A DNA stretch of 64,000 nt from Mobula hypostoma. Taxonomy: Eukaryota. Each line of letters starts with the position of its first letter. Position 1 is the first letter of the stretch. Made by a program: the position numbers and the translations under genes. Shown one piece after another: positions 62,200 through 64,000 of this stretch. The stretch covers positions 48,920,001 through 48,984,000 of the forward strand of contig NC_086108.1 of assembly GCF_963921235.1 (NCBI RefSeq). The letters are read 5' to 3'. The notes below the pieces were generated by a model. That model saw nothing but the letters and a program-made list of their open reading frames with translations. It was not told where the DNA came from and searched no databases.

Positions 62200-63140
62200 T
62201 AGAGGGACGAAATGAGAAAGATGGTTAATTGAGAAGGTCAAGAAAAATATTAAATGAAAAATAGTGAATGCTAAGTGATTAAAGCTAGTAATAGACCAGA
62301 AAGCAGTGGATCTTTCAGGACCCATCTACAACTGGTGGAGGAAATTGATCTGAAAACTGGCAAGTCATAGCAGCAGGAGCTTCTGTAGACATATTAATAG
62401 GAAGAGGGCAGCTTGGGTAAAAAATCATTGGAGGCCAAGATGAAGGAATTAATAATGGGAAACAAGGAAAAGGCAGGGAATCAGAACTTTGCATCGTTCT
62501 TTGTGGGGGAGACAGTAGAAATATCCCACAGATATGATAGGTTGGTTTCATTTAGAATAGGAAAATTTGTAATAACTCATATCCCAAAGGCACGGGTTGG
62601 TAGATTGGCCACTTAAGATTGCGCATTGTGTGTAGATCTGTGACAGAATCTTTTAGGTAGAATCCAGAGGTTGATGGGAGTAAGGTGGGTAAAGGTTACA
62701 TTGATGTAAAAATTGGTGCTCGATGTTTAGTATGGTCTCTAGGCTGAAGGACCTCCTTCCAAGCTATATCTGTGATTTTCTTCCCTATCACAGTGTTTAA
62801 GATCTGAAAAAGTAATGGGACTGCAATGTTCCAAGGGTTCTGAAGCATGTGGTGAAAAGATGTGGCTGCAGATTTGTTTGAAGTTTTTCAAAACTCATTG
62901 ATTTCTGGGAGTGTATCTGTAGATAACAAAACTATGAATGTGATGACTTTGTTCAAGAAGAAAACAATAGGCCATTTAACACCTGTTGGCAAAATTCTGG
63001 AAGAAACTAGCTGTTTACTTAGAGAAGCTTATTAATCAAGTCAGCATGGATTTTTGAAAAGAAATTTATGTTTGACTAATGTTCTGGAGTCCATTTGTGA
63101 AAACAGAAGGAAACGTGTAGATGTAGTGTTTGTATTTTCA
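62200..63140 (+). mobile_element. Old CR1 ORF2 fragments
   Basis: Degenerate cagcatggatttttgaaaagaaatttatgtttgactaat (QHGF..SCLTN-like). Confidence 0.5.
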
Positions 63141-64000
63141 GAAGGCATATCATGATGCTGCTTTTTTGCCGGTGGTGGGGTGGGGGGGATTGTTGCTTGC
63201 TGCTGCTTCACGTGGCGGGGGGGGGAGCTGGGAGGACTTTTAGATTCTAGCATTTAACTGTCGTTCATTGTTTGCGAAGAAAAAGCATTTCAGGATGTAT
63301 ATTGTCTGCATTTCTCGGACGTTAAATTGTACCTTTGAAGCAGGCTAGTGCACACGATGAGCTCACTGTCTTGGAGGTACATGTCAACATTCACAGAAGA
63401 CTGGCCTTCACTGATAAAACAGAATTGGAATAAATTAATCTTTTTTTCAGGCTGGATAGATGACATTAGTGGATTGCCATGAAGATCAGTTATTCTCAAA
63501 TATTTACCACCTTTTTAAATTCATTCAAATGATGTGGATTGTGTCGGCTGAGTTGCTGTTTACTTGCTCATCCCTCTTTGCCCATGAGAAGGTAGTGGTG
63601 AACTGCTGTAAGCCCTGAGGTTTGTGCGTACCACAATACTGTTCAGGAGAGAGATCCAGAAATAATGAAGTAATGGCAATATATTTCCATGGCAAGGTGG
63701 TGTAATGCTTGGAAAGCAACTTCCATTTGGTGCTCGTCCCATCCTTTTGCTGTTGTCCATCTAGCTGATAGAGGTACTAGGTCTGGAAGGTGCTGTCTAA
63801 GGAATCCTGGAGAGTTGTTGTAGTGCATTCTGTTATTGGTACTAATTGCTGCTACAGTATGTTGGTGATAGTAGAAATGAATGATTGTGGATGGGGTGCC
63901 TATCAAGTAGACTGCTTGTTGTTGGAACTGTACTTATCTAAACAAATAGATGTATTCCATTACACTCCTGACTTGAGCCTTGTAGAGATTGGATAGACTT

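Overview
Vertebrate genomic DNA; the repeat repertoire suggests a cartilaginous fish, probably a ray (inference). The window holds the middle of DHX9 (RNA helicase A) on the + strand: 19 consecutive coding exons (14677-61834, equivalent to human exons 3-21), all GT-AG and phase-consistent. They encode most of dsRBD1, dsRBD2, the MTAD region and the DEIH helicase core. The ATG exon and the 3' exons lie outside the window. The introns are packed with decayed or nested TEs: CR1, Rex1/Babar, Penelope-like elements with hammerhead motifs, Tigger/pogo, Tc1, hAT-Buster, a Helitron, a solo LTR and V-SINEs. The most interesting signal is in intron 6: a candidate PTC-containing poison exon (33255-33418) whose predicted branch point and pyrimidine tract are buried in a multibranch RNA stem with a perfect 15-bp helix. 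Nearby are further hairpins, a possible long-range competing pairing, a G-quadruplex island and a ~270-bp inverted repeat. Together these suggest RNA-structure-gated autoregulation of a dsRNA/G4 helicase. All structures were read by eye; nothing was folded or searched computationally.
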